From: an uncultured Desulfarculus sp.
Lineage (GTDB): Bacteria; Desulfobacterota; Desulfarculia; Desulfarculales; Desulfarculaceae
Direction: 5' to 3'
Assembly: GCA_963665125.2 (NCBI GenBank)
Contig: CAXXUK010000001.1
Coordinates: 3,392,001-3,456,000 of the forward strand
DNA: 64,000 nt
The notes beneath the pieces are model-generated. The model saw only the letters and a list, made by a program, of their open reading frames with translations, made no database searches and was not told the DNA's origin. The translations under genes were made by a program, and so were the position numbers. Each line of letters starts with the position of its first letter. Position 1 is the first letter of the stretch. Below, piece by piece: positions 63,839 to 64,000 of the stretch.

Positions 63839-64000
63839 TCCAGCCATCCGGGCCCTTACCGCTTGGCAAGGGTCCGGGTCAACCGTTTGATTTATTTCAA
63901 ACCATTCCGGTTTTCCCCATATATGACCACCGATATGCTAGCCTTTTAAGTAAGGAGCTTGAATTTATTAATACATCAATCACCCCGTGGCCCCTGAACG

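Noticed and set aside
63836..63877. Third TGA followed by a hairpin as a further Sec site
   Set aside because: No MerB Cys corresponds to this position, the protein is already full length, and the hairpin fits a 3' terminator or stability stem better.
33170..64000. attR duplicate of the tRNA-Ser(CGA) 3' end
   Set aside because: Not found by eye, so the island's right boundary cannot be defined.

Overview
GC-rich bacterial chromosome segment. Gene content (ahbB-hemL, PilZ, PAS hybrid kinases, MCP, OYE-type reductases) suggests an anaerobic Desulfobacterota/deltaproteobacterium; this is an inference. In order, the window holds: (1) a GT-C / GT2 / GH99-like glycan operon followed by six paralogous Thr/Pro-rich lipoprotein genes and a decayed duplicate of the GH99 3' end; (2) dnaK divergent from hsp20-lon; (3) housekeeping and signalling genes with two tRNA-Ser genes; (4) a tRNA-Ser(CGA)-associated integrase remnant truncated by an IS3 element, next to an autotransporter; (5) accessory metabolic and regulatory genes and an intact IS481; (6) a TetR-linked redox/membrane cluster. 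The most striking signal is at the right end. Two annotated ORFs plus an uncalled tail (63092-63838) form one reading frame for a MerB (organomercurial lyase)-like protein. Both of its catalytic Cys positions are in-frame TGA codons, each followed by a SECIS-like hairpin. This is a probable double-selenocysteine MerB-like enzyme under a MarR regulator with a duplicated operator, with no other mer genes in the window.
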